Source: Candidatus Saccharimonadales bacterium (GTDB lineage: Bacteria; Patescibacteriota; Saccharimonadia; Saccharimonadales; JBGSXW01). From it: a stretch of DNA of 64,000 bases. The DNA lies in assembly GCA_041751215.1 (NCBI GenBank), contig JBGSXW010000005.1, positions 67,664 to 131,663 on the forward strand, given 5' to 3'. The notes beneath the pieces were generated by a model, which made no database searches, was not told the origin of the DNA, and saw nothing but the letters and a program-made list of their open reading frames with translations. Position 1 is the first letter of the stretch, and each line of letters begins with the position of its first letter. Below are positions 20,392-29,886 of the stretch, piece after piece. A program made the translations under genes and the position numbers.

Positions 20392-20454
20392 ACACTGTTG
20401 ACTATACATAAGGTAACTTGTTTAAGTCATAGGTTCAAAGTAATATTTAGTTAT

Positions 20455-21210
20455 ATGGCGTTAATCGAGATCAAAGATCTAAGCAAGATTTATGGCGAGG
20501 GCGATGCTACGACTGTAGCTCTAGACAGCGTGTCGCTCGAGATCAAAAAAGGCGAATTTGTAGCTATTATGGGGCCTAGCGGTTCCGGAAAATCCACCCT
20601 TATGAACATGATTGGACTTCTTGATCGCCCGACTCACGGCTCTTATCATCTGGATCGTCAGGATGTTTCAGCCCTCAAGCAACGCCAGCAAGCCAAGTTC
20701 CGCCGAGAACAAATTGGCTTTATATTTCAGACCTTTAATCTATTACCCAGAATAACCGCAATTGAAAATGTTGCCCTGCCTCTTATGTATCAGCGCGTAA
20801 ATCAAGCTAAGCGCCTCGAGCAGGCAGCTAAATTTATGAAGAACGTCGGTCTCGAAGATCGTCAGTACTACATGCCCAACCAGCTTTCTGGCGGCCAGGT
20901 TCAGCGCGTCGCGGTTGCACGAGCGCTAGTTAATAAGCCTAAGCTGGTTCTTGCCGATGAGCCAACCGGCAACCTCGACACGGCTGCCAGTGCCAAGATT
21001 ATGAACCTGCTCAAAGAGATCAACAAAGGCGGCAATACGATTTTAATGGTGACTCACGAACCAGAACTGGCCTCTTATGCTGACCGAGTTATTTACCTGC
21101 AAGACGGCAAGATTATCGATACTCCACCTCACCTAATAAAGCCCGACACCAAGAAAAAATCCTCTAAAAAGGGTTCAACTAAGACTAAAAAGGCGGCTAA
21201 AAAATCATGA
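20455..21210 (+). CDS. ABC transporter ATP-binding protein (MacB/LolD-type)
   Basis: Start at the internal Met 20455 (MALIEIKDL); the upstream part of the track ORF is tRNA antisense. Walker A GPSGSGKST, signature LSGGQVQR, Walker B LVLADEPT, Lys-rich tail. Confidence 0.93.
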   Translation: MALIEIKDLSKIYGEGDATTVALDSVSLEIKKGEFVAIMGPSGSGKSTLMNMIGLLDRPTHGSYHLDRQDVSALKQRQQAKFRREQIGFIFQTFNLLPRITAIENVALPLMYQRVNQAKRLEQAAKFMKNVGLEDRQYYMPNQLSGGQVQRVAVARALVNKPKLVLADEPTGNLDTAASAKIMNLLKEINKGGNTILMVTHEPELASYADRVIYLQDGKIIDTPPHLIKPDTKKKSSKKGSTKTKKAAKKS

Positions 21211-22433
21211 TGTTGGTAAATATTCGCATGGCGCTAGCCGCTCTTCGCTCAGCGAAAGTTAGAACAATGCTGACTATGGTGGCCGTAATTATTGGTGTTA
21301 CTGCATTTACGGTTGTAACTACTGTGGCCGACGGCTTTAAGGTCTCTATCGAGAACGAAATTAACGCCTTTGGCGGAAACCTAGTTCAGATCACCCCGGG
21401 AGAGTCGGTAGTGCGCGATGACGAAGGAAATATTGTTTCCTTCAACCCGGTGGCGGCATTTGGAACCTCGACAATCTCTGAAAAAGACGTCAAAGACATT
21501 AAAAATACCCCCGGAATAGCCAGTGCTGCTCCGTTAATGTTAATCTCTGGTGTTGTATCGCGCGGCGAAACCGAAGCACCCGCCGGATCGATGATTATTG
21601 CAACCAACGAGGACTACCCCATAGCCTTTAACCAAGAGCTGGCTCAAGGCGGCTTCTTTAAGGACAGCAACGGAGCTCAGAAACAGATTGTTATTGGGCA
21701 TGGCATTGCCGAGGCGCTGTTTGGAGAGAACAATCCACTAGGCGGTAAGCTACAGATTCGCGGCCAAGACTTTGTGGTTGTCGGTGTGCTAGCAGAAGTT
21801 GAAAGCGCCCTTGGTTTTGCAGGCGACTTTAACACCATGTCGTTTATATCCTCTGCTCAAGGCAAACAGTTCAACAACGGCGTAATCCAAATCATGGAAG
21901 TCGATGCCCAGCTCGAGGACGGAGCCGACCCCGATCAAGTTGTACAAGCAATTACTGAAACGCTGAAAGAGAATCATGGCGGCGAGGAAGACTTTACTGT
22001 CATCAAACAAGACGAAGTATTGGAGCTAACAGATAGCATCATTGGCTTAGCCGAGAGCATTGCCAACACTTTCGCTTACATAATGCTCTTAGTTGGAACC
22101 TTGGTAATTATGCTGATTATGCTGGTTTCGGTCAGCGAGCGAACTAGAGAAATCGGTATCCGAAAAAGCATCGGTGCCGCCAACAGTCACATTTTGTCTC
22201 AGTTCTTAGTAGAAGCCGTCGTGATTAGCTGGCTTGGATCATCACTTGGAATCGTGCTGGCTTACTTGCTTGGACTGTACATCAAGTATTTGATTGATGT
22301 CACTCCTGTTTATACTGTCAGTACTCTGATAGCGACGATAATACTCGCAACTATCGTTGGCGCCTTAGCTGGCTTAGCGCCGGCCTTTAAAGCCGCTCGC
22401 AAAGATCCAGTTGAAGCTCTACGACACGAATGA
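21207..22433 (+). CDS. ABC transporter permease (MacB/FtsX family)
   Basis: 408-aa ORF. N-terminal TM, large extracytoplasmic domain, C-terminal FtsX-type 3-TM bundle. 4-nt overlap with the ATPase gene. Confidence 0.88.
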   Translation: MMLVNIRMALAALRSAKVRTMLTMVAVIIGVTAFTVVTTVADGFKVSIENEINAFGGNLVQITPGESVVRDDEGNIVSFNPVAAFGTSTISEKDVKDIKNTPGIASAAPLMLISGVVSRGETEAPAGSMIIATNEDYPIAFNQELAQGGFFKDSNGAQKQIVIGHGIAEALFGENNPLGGKLQIRGQDFVVVGVLAEVESALGFAGDFNTMSFISSAQGKQFNNGVIQIMEVDAQLEDGADPDQVVQAITETLKENHGGEEDFTVIKQDEVLELTDSIIGLAESIANTFAYIMLLVGTLVIMLIMLVSVSERTREIGIRKSIGAANSHILSQFLVEAVVISWLGSSLGIVLAYLLGLYIKYLIDVTPVYTVSTLIATIILATIVGALAGLAPAFKAARKDPVEALRHE

Positions 22434-23044
22434 TCTCTATAAAACAGCCTCCATCACTGCACTCAATCAACAATGCCCTAACGGTGCTGGTGTTTATTCT
22501 TGGGCTCTATATTCTGATTACTCCATTTACGCCGGTTTTGTCTCTGTGGTGGCAAAATAGCTTCGGTGGTGACGGTTATAACTACTCTGGACGACTAGCC
22601 AACACTGCCAGCTCAGATGCCAGCCAGCCAGCGCCTAAAGATAGCCGATTAGTTATCCCGGCAATTCACTTAGATGAACCGATTGTGGTCGGCGATGATC
22701 CAGCCAACATTGATAAGGGCGTTTGGCATCGTCCCAATACGAGTACTCCCGATTTGGGAAGCAATACGGTTCTAGTTGGGCATCGTTGGGATTATGGACG
22801 AACTACTGCAGTCTTTTATAACCTCGACAAACTAAAGACCGGTGATTTATTTGCGCTTTGGTGGGATGGTAAAGAGTACGTCTACAGAGTGTCTGGGCAT
22901 AAAATTGTTGAGCCAACAGCAGTCGAAGTCGAGGATCCAACCGGAAAACCAATGGTCACTCTCTACACCTGTACACCGATTTGGACAGCTAAGCAGCGCT
23001 TGGTTGTCACTGCCGACTTAGTGATAGATGAGGATGCAAGATGA
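22430..23044 (+). CDS. sortase-family transpeptidase
   Basis: 204-aa ORF. N-terminal TM anchor, catalytic His context VLVGHR, TLYTCTP (TLxTC) Cys motif. 4-nt overlap with the permease gene. Confidence 0.82.
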   Translation: MISIKQPPSLHSINNALTVLVFILGLYILITPFTPVLSLWWQNSFGGDGYNYSGRLANTASSDASQPAPKDSRLVIPAIHLDEPIVVGDDPANIDKGVWHRPNTSTPDLGSNTVLVGHRWDYGRTTAVFYNLDKLKTGDLFALWWDGKEYVYRVSGHKIVEPTAVEVEDPTGKPMVTLYTCTPIWTAKQRLVVTADLVIDEDAR

Positions 23045-23151
23045 AAGAAAAGATCCGATTTACTGTATTGGTCCTTCTACTAGTAGCTGGAATTGGGTTT
23101 GTGATTTATACCCAAACTCAAATTGACTCAAACTTCGTCGAGAGTTTTTAG
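23041..23151 (+). CDS. 36-aa single-TM micro-protein
   Basis: ATGA overlap with the sortase stop. MKEKIRFTVLVLLLVAGIGFVIYTQTQIDSNFVESF. Below the ORF-track size cutoff; hand translated. Confidence 0.4.
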   Translation: MKEKIRFTVLVLLLVAGIGFVIYTQTQIDSNFVESF

Positions 23152-23579
23152 GCTGCGGCTGATTGCTCGTGTCGCTTGGCAAAACCAACAGCTGCCCGAA
23201 CAACTCGGTGCTGCTGAGCTAAATCAAGCGGATGAGACACACCCTGATGGAATCGATGATCAGCGTGACGCTCGCCTCTTGGCTGCTCATTATTTACTGA
23301 AAAAATCGACAAAGCCTCTAAGACACCGCGTCTTGGTCCTGGCACCAAAAGACTAAGCACCTGTTTTCCGTCTTCTTCGTAAGCCCGAACCACGCAGCCC
23401 TGGCCATCAACCGTATGCTCGTGTAAATCAGTGTCTGGTTCAGCTTCTCTGACCGCTTCAATTAAGTGCTCTAGAGTCTCGGCGTTAACTACATGAACAG
23501 GAAATCCGGTAAGTTGTTCTGGCCGTTCGAGCACATCACCCAAGTCAATAGGTGTTACTTCTTCTTCTGTCATGCTCAT
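23148..23579 (-). CDS. hypothetical acidic protein
   Basis: 143-aa ORF with no recognisable motif. Confidence 0.45.
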   Translation of the reverse strand: MSMTEEEVTPIDLGDVLERPEQLTGFPVHVVNAETLEHLIEAVREAEPDTDLHEHTVDGQGCVVRAYEEDGKQVLSLLVPGPRRGVLEALSIFSVNNEQPRGERHADHRFHQGVSHPLDLAQQHRVVRAAVGFAKRHEQSAAA

Positions 23580-23660
23580 AGCTAAGCCCTTTGTTTATTG
23601 TTTTATAATGCTTTGGTTTTTTAACAACCCTCTACATATAATTGTACGCCCCGGTGTCAA

Positions 23661-23827
23661 CCCTAGGTGCTTTCGGTGCACACTGACACTGCCCTGCCTA
23701 CTGGCAAAGCCAGTAGCAACCACCAGTTCTTCGTCAGAAGCTCCAGTACTCGCGTATAGTACTTATTTGTACAACAGCACTCCATGCTTCGCTTCTTCCT
23801 TGCAGTGTATGCCGAAAGCACCTAGGG
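23661..23827. repeat. 167-bp element bounded by 25-bp imperfect inverted repeats (MITE-like or structured RNA)
   Basis: CCCTAGGTGCTTTCGGTGCACACTG (23661-23685) against the reverse complement of CAGTGTATGCCGAAAGCACCTAGGG (23803-23827): 22 of 25 match. The interior holds several local hairpins, including CTACTGGC-AAA-GCCAGTAG and AGTACT-N7-AGTACT. Confidence 0.6.
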
Positions 23828-23840
23828 CGTTTTCAGTAAA

Positions 23841-24869
23841 CTAAACTAATTCTTTCTTCATGCGCTCAACTAGGTCTATCGGCGCTGGGTCGTGTCCGTT
23901 AAGAAAGGCTAGGTAGAACGATACGAAGTCTCCCAGCACACACGTGCTGAGTAGCTGTTCGAGCATAGTGTCACCCTGCGCCTTTACCGTTACCGGATGC
24001 GGTCGTTTGCCGGAAAGTAGCTTGGCGGAAATACCAAATCTCTTTTGCACTCTCGGGTGGTCTAAGTCGGACACGATGTCAATTATTGCGTAGGGCTTTT
24101 CGACTGGATGCGAGGACCAGCCAATAAACTCATTGTGGTTGAACTCAGGGTACTGATTGACCCATGCTACATTCTTGGCGTTTTCATTAAAGCTAATCTT
24201 CCACTTGTTCGCGGCAGGAAATAACTGTGTGCTTGCATATACAACAATCGATTTCCCCATCAGCTCTTGAGCGACCTGTTTGGCTTTATTCTCAGCTGTG
24301 GGCACATCGGCAGTTAAGACACCAGTTGAGCCCTGAAGCTTTCGAGCAGCTTCCTCAAGCTCCGCGGCAGCACCCTTCTTAACCGCACTGGCAGCTTCTA
24401 AGATCGTTACCAATGCCTTAAAACTATAAAACGTTGCCATTCTTGGCTGTGGTGAATCAGGAAGTTCTGCGTAGGGATACTTCTTGTTCTTTGCAATTTC
24501 GCCCAGCTTGCCACCATGAGCAATCACCGCGATTTTGGCACCGGCCTGTTCGGCTAGCTCAAGTGCACTAAGTGTTTCTTCGGTATTGCCCGAGTAGCTC
24601 GATGCAATGAACAAAGTGTTTTGATTTACATATTCAGGAATCGTATAGTCTCGTACCACTTGATATGGCTTGGCTAAACCTGGCCAAGTAAACGGCATCG
24701 TCGCCGAAATCGCCGACCCGCCCATGCCAGTAAACACTACATTTTGAATTTCAGAGATGTCCCCAAGATCAATATCGTAAGTTTGTAGTAACTGATCGTA
24801 TTGTTTAGCCGCAAAAGCCACAGAACCCGATTTATCGTAGGTTTTTACCAAATTTGTGTCATCTAACAT
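23841..24869 (-). CDS. bifunctional phosphoglucose/phosphomannose isomerase (SIS domain)
   Basis: 342-aa ORF. SIS motif FTGMGGSAISA...ASSYSGNTEET. Size and C-terminal domain are typical of the PGI/PMI family. Confidence 0.8.
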   Translation of the reverse strand: MLDDTNLVKTYDKSGSVAFAAKQYDQLLQTYDIDLGDISEIQNVVFTGMGGSAISATMPFTWPGLAKPYQVVRDYTIPEYVNQNTLFIASSYSGNTEETLSALELAEQAGAKIAVIAHGGKLGEIAKNKKYPYAELPDSPQPRMATFYSFKALVTILEAASAVKKGAAAELEEAARKLQGSTGVLTADVPTAENKAKQVAQELMGKSIVVYASTQLFPAANKWKISFNENAKNVAWVNQYPEFNHNEFIGWSSHPVEKPYAIIDIVSDLDHPRVQKRFGISAKLLSGKRPHPVTVKAQGDTMLEQLLSTCVLGDFVSFYLAFLNGHDPAPIDLVERMKKELV

Positions 24870-25004
24870 GCTACCTCCATTAAGCGACTCTAGGTTGTAG
24901 ATAAATCATACTAGCTAATGCGAAATGTCTTAAACATTTAATGTTTGATTTAGGATTCATATTGATTATGCTATGATTTAGCAAAGAATAATGAACATTT
25001 AAGG

Positions 25005-25628
25005 GTGGGCATGGACGAACAGTCGCAACAAACTAACACGCAAGAACCAACACAACCAGACTCAATCGCCCAAGATGAAGCTGCAGTTGGTCAATTGATT
25101 ACGCCCCAAGACGCTACTTCTACCAGCGACAACTCAAATGCCAAAGCTTCGGATGACACGGCTAAGGTTACAGTTTCTCCTATTGGTAGTGTTCCTGCCG
25201 ATGATTCGGGCATGACTACCGAGGAAGTAAAGCCAGCAATTACCGGTTCCCCCGGAGGTTTGCTGACCGATAGCGCTCCAACTGATACCGTCAAAGTATC
25301 ACCAGCAGTAGTGAGCCCTGCCCCGTCTGCTGCACCTGAGGCCACCGAAGACAAAGAACTGCTTTCGGTTAAGCAACAAGCGCTCGAACAACTCACACCA
25401 TTAGTCGACAAACTAGATGTGCCAGCCGAAGAAAAGTTTAATACTTACATGATGATAATTCGCGCTAGCGATGACCCAAAGCTGATCAAACCAGCTTTTG
25501 AATCGGCCCAAGCTATCGCCGAAGACGATAAAAAAGCTCAGGCGCTCCTTGATGTCGTTAACGAAATCAACTACTTAACCCAGCCAGATGGCGACAAGCC
25601 TGAAAACGACAAAACCCCAACCTCGTAA
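25005..25628 (+). CDS. hypothetical low-complexity acidic protein
   Basis: 207-aa ORF. Thr/Ser/Pro/Asp-rich N-terminal two thirds, predicted helical C-terminus. Confidence 0.5.
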   Translation: MGMDEQSQQTNTQEPTQPDSIAQDEAAVGQLITPQDATSTSDNSNAKASDDTAKVTVSPIGSVPADDSGMTTEEVKPAITGSPGGLLTDSAPTDTVKVSPAVVSPAPSAAPEATEDKELLSVKQQALEQLTPLVDKLDVPAEEKFNTYMMIIRASDDPKLIKPAFESAQAIAEDDKKAQALLDVVNEINYLTQPDGDKPENDKTPTS

Positions 25629-25878
25629 CCTCTTACCAAAAAGCAAAATTTAACAAAAAATAGAGCTACCTCTTAACAACAGGGGTAAAGTGGAGTATAG
25701 TTTAGAACCTGTTTTCTTAACTTGCTTCTGGTAATAAAGCTAGGACTTGTTGAGCGAAAGTAATGAAGAGCGAGAAATCGTATCAACAGAAAGGATACGA
25801 TGACGAACTCTGAGTTAATTGCAGCCAACAAGAACAGCCTTAGACCGGAATGAAGCTAATAAAACAGGTTTAAGCCTT

Positions 25879-27672
25879 ATGTCAAAACATAACCGATCTA
25901 CCAATTTCAAGACCTTGCAGATATTCTGGCGCTTTACGCGCGAGTATAAGCTACGCTTTTGGCTTGGAACATCAGGTGCGGTGCTTGGGACTATTGTCCA
26001 AGACATCATTCCGCCGCTAATTGTGGCTCGTGGCTTTAACCTGCTACAAGACCAGGTAAACAGCAATTCGCCCCTAGAACTAAGCCAATTCTGGCCCTTT
26101 ATTATTGCCTACGCAATCTGCATGCTGCTCGGTTTAATCATTTGGCGATTACAGGTAATTGCAGTTTGGATGTACGAAGTTCCAGTAATTGAAAACTTGG
26201 CCCTGCACATCTTTAATCACCTCCAAAAGATGGGGGCTGGTTTCCATGCTAACCGCTTTGGGGGCGCTCTGGTCTCGCAAACCACCAAGTTCTTGAGCGC
26301 CTACGAAAAAATCATGGATGAATTCACTTGGAGTGTGGTTACCGGCATAACTGCAATTAGTGCATCGATGATTGTTCTAACCGCAGTGGCTCCACTCTAC
26401 GCCGCAGTTTACGGCGCGATTAGTATTCTCTACTTTTTAATAGTTTATCGATTGCAAAAAAGGTCGATGCCTCTAGACCGCGCCCTAGCCGCTAGCGAAA
26501 GTGATCGGACCGCTAAGTTTGCCGATATGATAACCAATGTCTCAGCTGTTAACTCCTACGCCGGCGAGGAACATGAGTTCAAACGCTTTAACGAGCAAAC
26601 CAAAGAAACCTCACAGGCTTACTATCGCCTGCTCAGACGAGTCTTAAAAAATGACATCGTTGGCCAGGGCATAACCAACAGCTTAGGCTGGATAGCCTTT
26701 GTGTCTGGAATCCTAGCAATTACCGTCTTTAACAGCCCGGCCGGAGTGTTGTTCTTGGCTGTTTCTTACACCATGTCACTAACCAGGCGTCTCTGGGAGT
26801 CATCGCGAACCATGCGTAACTTTAGTCGCGCCTTCGGTGACTCCACCGATATGACCGAGATCTTGCAGCTAGAACCAGAGATTCAAGATCCAGTCGATTC
26901 ATCATCGCTAGATGTCTCCGACGGCTCCATCGAATTTAAGGCAGTCGGCTTTGCGTATCAAGATAGCGACAGCGCCAATGCAAAAGTGTTCCATGACTTG
27001 AGTCTAAAGATTGAAGGTGGCGAAAAAATTGGCCTGGTTGGCCATAGTGGTGGCGGAAAAACTACTATCACCAAGTTGTTGCTGAGATTTATGGATATTC
27101 AAGAAGGTCAGATCCTTGTCGACGGCCAGGATATCACCAAAGTAACTCAATCTGATTTACGCCGAGCAATTGCTTATGTGCCTCAAGAACCGATGCTGTT
27201 TCATCGCTCGATTGCCGAAAACATTGCTTACGGCAAACCAGGTGCCAGCATTAAAGAAATCGAGGCCGTAGCTAAAAAAGCCCATGCACACGAGTTCATT
27301 AAAGATCTGCCTCACGGATATCAGACTCTAGTCGGTGAGCGCGGAGTTAAACTATCGGGTGGTCAGCGACAGCGCGTCGCTATTGCCCGCGCCATGCTTA
27401 AAGATGCTCCGATACTGGTGCTCGATGAAGCTACTAGTGCTCTGGACTCAGAGAGTGAAAAGTACATTCAAGATGCTCTTTGGGAGTTAATGAAAGGCCG
27501 AACTGCCATCGTTATCGCCCACCGACTAAGTACTGTGCAAAAAATGGATCGCATTTTGGTTCTAGAAGATGGAGCGGTTGTTCAAGACGGACCGCACGCC
27601 GAGCTGGTTAAGTCCAAAGGAATTTACTCTGATCTTTGGAACCACCAATCTGGCGGATTTTTAGAGGAATAA
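25879..27672 (+). CDS. ABC exporter, fused permease/ATPase (MsbA-like)
   Basis: Six-TM domain followed by an NBD. Walker A GHSGGGKTT, signature LSGGQRQR, Walker B ILVLDEATSALD. Start uncertain (25819 or 25879). Confidence 0.93.
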   Translation: MSKHNRSTNFKTLQIFWRFTREYKLRFWLGTSGAVLGTIVQDIIPPLIVARGFNLLQDQVNSNSPLELSQFWPFIIAYAICMLLGLIIWRLQVIAVWMYEVPVIENLALHIFNHLQKMGAGFHANRFGGALVSQTTKFLSAYEKIMDEFTWSVVTGITAISASMIVLTAVAPLYAAVYGAISILYFLIVYRLQKRSMPLDRALAASESDRTAKFADMITNVSAVNSYAGEEHEFKRFNEQTKETSQAYYRLLRRVLKNDIVGQGITNSLGWIAFVSGILAITVFNSPAGVLFLAVSYTMSLTRRLWESSRTMRNFSRAFGDSTDMTEILQLEPEIQDPVDSSSLDVSDGSIEFKAVGFAYQDSDSANAKVFHDLSLKIEGGEKIGLVGHSGGGKTTITKLLLRFMDIQEGQILVDGQDITKVTQSDLRRAIAYVPQEPMLFHRSIAENIAYGKPGASIKEIEAVAKKAHAHEFIKDLPHGYQTLVGERGVKLSGGQRQRVAIARAMLKDAPILVLDEATSALDSESEKYIQDALWELMKGRTAIVIAHRLSTVQKMDRILVLEDGAVVQDGPHAELVKSKGIYSDLWNHQSGGFLEE

Positions 27673-27786
27673 CCACTAGTAAGTAGCGCATCCTCGAACA
27701 TAAAACACAAAATCCCAAAATGTTGAGGGGTTGACGCCTAATAAAATAGTAATACTATGAAAATAAGCATTACTTAAATAAGTGGT

Positions 27787-29370
27787 ATGGATACATCTAT
27801 GAAACAAGGAAATGAAACACCAGCTAGCTCGGGGTCTGTCGGTGAGAATAGTTCTTTAGCAAAAAAACTGTCCTCAAAATCAAATCAACTCGGTAAAAAA
27901 ATGAAGCAAAGACCCGTAATCAGTCTTCTGATTGTGGGTCTTCTTGTTGGCGTTATCGCTGCGCTGGCAGTTTATACAACTCAAGCCAATGCGTTTAAGT
28001 ACGTGCTCGTCTCTGGCGGAGGGTGGCGCGGCACTTGTGTTTCGCAGGGCCACACTCTTCTTGGTGAATCAAATCAAACAACTACAAAACGCAACTACGC
28101 TGTTTGCCAGATAGATAGTTCGGGCAAAAACAGTCTTTACCCCAATGACTGGCGTTGGCTTAGATCTGGACCAAATACTATAGGTGACTTCGAGATCGCT
28201 CTCCAAAAGGTCAAGGAACTTGGTTATACAGAGTCTGAAACCTGCTTTAACATGGTGGCCTTAACTAATAACGCGAAAGTAGACCTCGATCTATTTGGTG
28301 ACTACGCCGCAAAACGCACTGGAGTTTCGGTTACAACCGGAGACTACGAAAGTTATTGTTATACCGCTCCGCTAACCAACAATAACCATAATGCCGGGAT
28401 TATTGTAACTAGCGGGACAGTCAGGCTTTCGTCAATAACCGTCGCAAGCAAGAAAACTCCGCCAAATGACGACGCAGTTAGGGCTGGTCGCGTCGTTCCT
28501 TATGATGCAAACTCGGCGTGGAATACACCTATCGGTGCTAATCCGGCAATTCACCCCAAATCAAAGCAATATGTGGAGGCTATCGCTGATAACGATAAGC
28601 CTCTGACAGCTGACGTGGATCAATACTCGGTCCCTGTATATATGTTTGACGCAAGCACCCCCAGAGTAACCATTAAGATGACGGGCTACTTCTCGTCATA
28701 CGACAGCGGTGATGACTCTCGCAAAGGGTATGGCTTTGCACCAACGATAACTAGCGTGCCTGTTCCGGAAGGAGCAAAAGAAGGTGAAGGATCAGACGGT
28801 CAGATCGTCTTCTGGGACCCAATCAATCAGGTTGAATGGGGCTTCTGGCGCTGGGATAAAAAAGCTGACGGCAGCTACACCGCTCAGAATGGTTATCGAT
28901 ACCACACCGGCCCAGGTTACTTTGGTAGGTTTGCAGATGGACTGTCCGGTCGCGGCGCGGGCACACCTTACTTCTCTGGTCTTGTACGACGCTGGGAGAT
29001 TGACCAAGGCAGAATCGATCATGCCATCAGCTTTGCCTACGCCTTCCCTGAAGATAGATACACCTACCCTGCCTCCAAGTCTGACGGCACCGGTGTGCTC
29101 GGAGTTGATCTACCAGAAGGAGCTCGTCTACAGCTAAATCCAAATCTGACTGAAGCTGACTTTAATAGATACGGCCTCAACGCAAAAGCCAAGGTTGTAG
29201 CACGTGCGCTACAAGAATACGGCATGATCGTAATCGATAGATCTGGCTCATCCAAGCTGTACGTAGAAGATAGATTGACTGCTGGTTGGGGCAGCGATGT
29301 AAACCGCGACTTTGTTTCCGGTATACCGTGGTCTGAGTTCAGAGTCCTCAACTTTTCCTACAGCGACTAA
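27787..29370 (+). CDS. secreted/membrane-anchored hypothetical protein
   Basis: 527-aa ORF. N-terminal anchor VISLLIVGLLVGVIAALAVY, then a large extracytoplasmic domain with no motif I can name. Confidence 0.6.
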   Translation: MDTSMKQGNETPASSGSVGENSSLAKKLSSKSNQLGKKMKQRPVISLLIVGLLVGVIAALAVYTTQANAFKYVLVSGGGWRGTCVSQGHTLLGESNQTTTKRNYAVCQIDSSGKNSLYPNDWRWLRSGPNTIGDFEIALQKVKELGYTESETCFNMVALTNNAKVDLDLFGDYAAKRTGVSVTTGDYESYCYTAPLTNNNHNAGIIVTSGTVRLSSITVASKKTPPNDDAVRAGRVVPYDANSAWNTPIGANPAIHPKSKQYVEAIADNDKPLTADVDQYSVPVYMFDASTPRVTIKMTGYFSSYDSGDDSRKGYGFAPTITSVPVPEGAKEGEGSDGQIVFWDPINQVEWGFWRWDKKADGSYTAQNGYRYHTGPGYFGRFADGLSGRGAGTPYFSGLVRRWEIDQGRIDHAISFAYAFPEDRYTYPASKSDGTGVLGVDLPEGARLQLNPNLTEADFNRYGLNAKAKVVARALQEYGMIVIDRSGSSKLYVEDRLTAGWGSDVNRDFVSGIPWSEFRVLNFSYSD

Positions 29371-29429
29371 AGATGTTCTCTGCTTTTGCCGCGAATGACA
29401 AAGCTATAACAGCCCGCCACGCTTTACCA

Positions 29430-29886
29430 AACACCAAGCAAAGCAGCTAGAGTCGCTACGCGCGACGGGAGTAACGCCACCTTTTTAAAAAGGTGGCCCC
29501 AAAACCTTTCACGCTGCAGCTAAAACAATCCTTGAATTCGTTCAGTGAAAACTCGGGTAGCTGCGGAATGCATCCGCCAGCTAGCGGACAGTCCTCGCTA
29601 CGCCGGGTTTCTCCCTCACAAATTCAGGAGTTTTAGCTGATGCGTGTTCAAAATGATGGGACACGCCAGGTGCTGTCCTCACAAGCTCAGAGGTTTTAGT
29701 AGATGCGGCGGGCCATGAGTCTGACCTTTTTTCAGAGATGAACGACAAGGAAGCGCCGAGCAACGGACGAAAGCGTACTTGGGTGTACGGTGGAAGGAGT
29801 AGCGGAGGCGCTGACGCAGAATCAGCAGTGCTGACAGCTTTGCTGTCAGGCAGGCTGATGTTCGTTCGCTATGAAAAGAGGTCAGC
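29430..29886 (+). repeat. intergenic modular repeat, copy B (full length), between two convergent genes
   Basis: Contains the perfect 20-bp palindrome CCACCTTTTTAAAAAGGTGG. Two tandem submodules: CTCACAAATTCAGGAGTTTTAGCTGATGCG and CTCACAAGCTCAGAGGTTTTAGTAGATGCGG. The distal module TTTTCAGAGATGAACGACAAGGAAG...ATGAAAAGAGGTCAGCC is homologous to 49551-49703. Confidence 0.8.
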
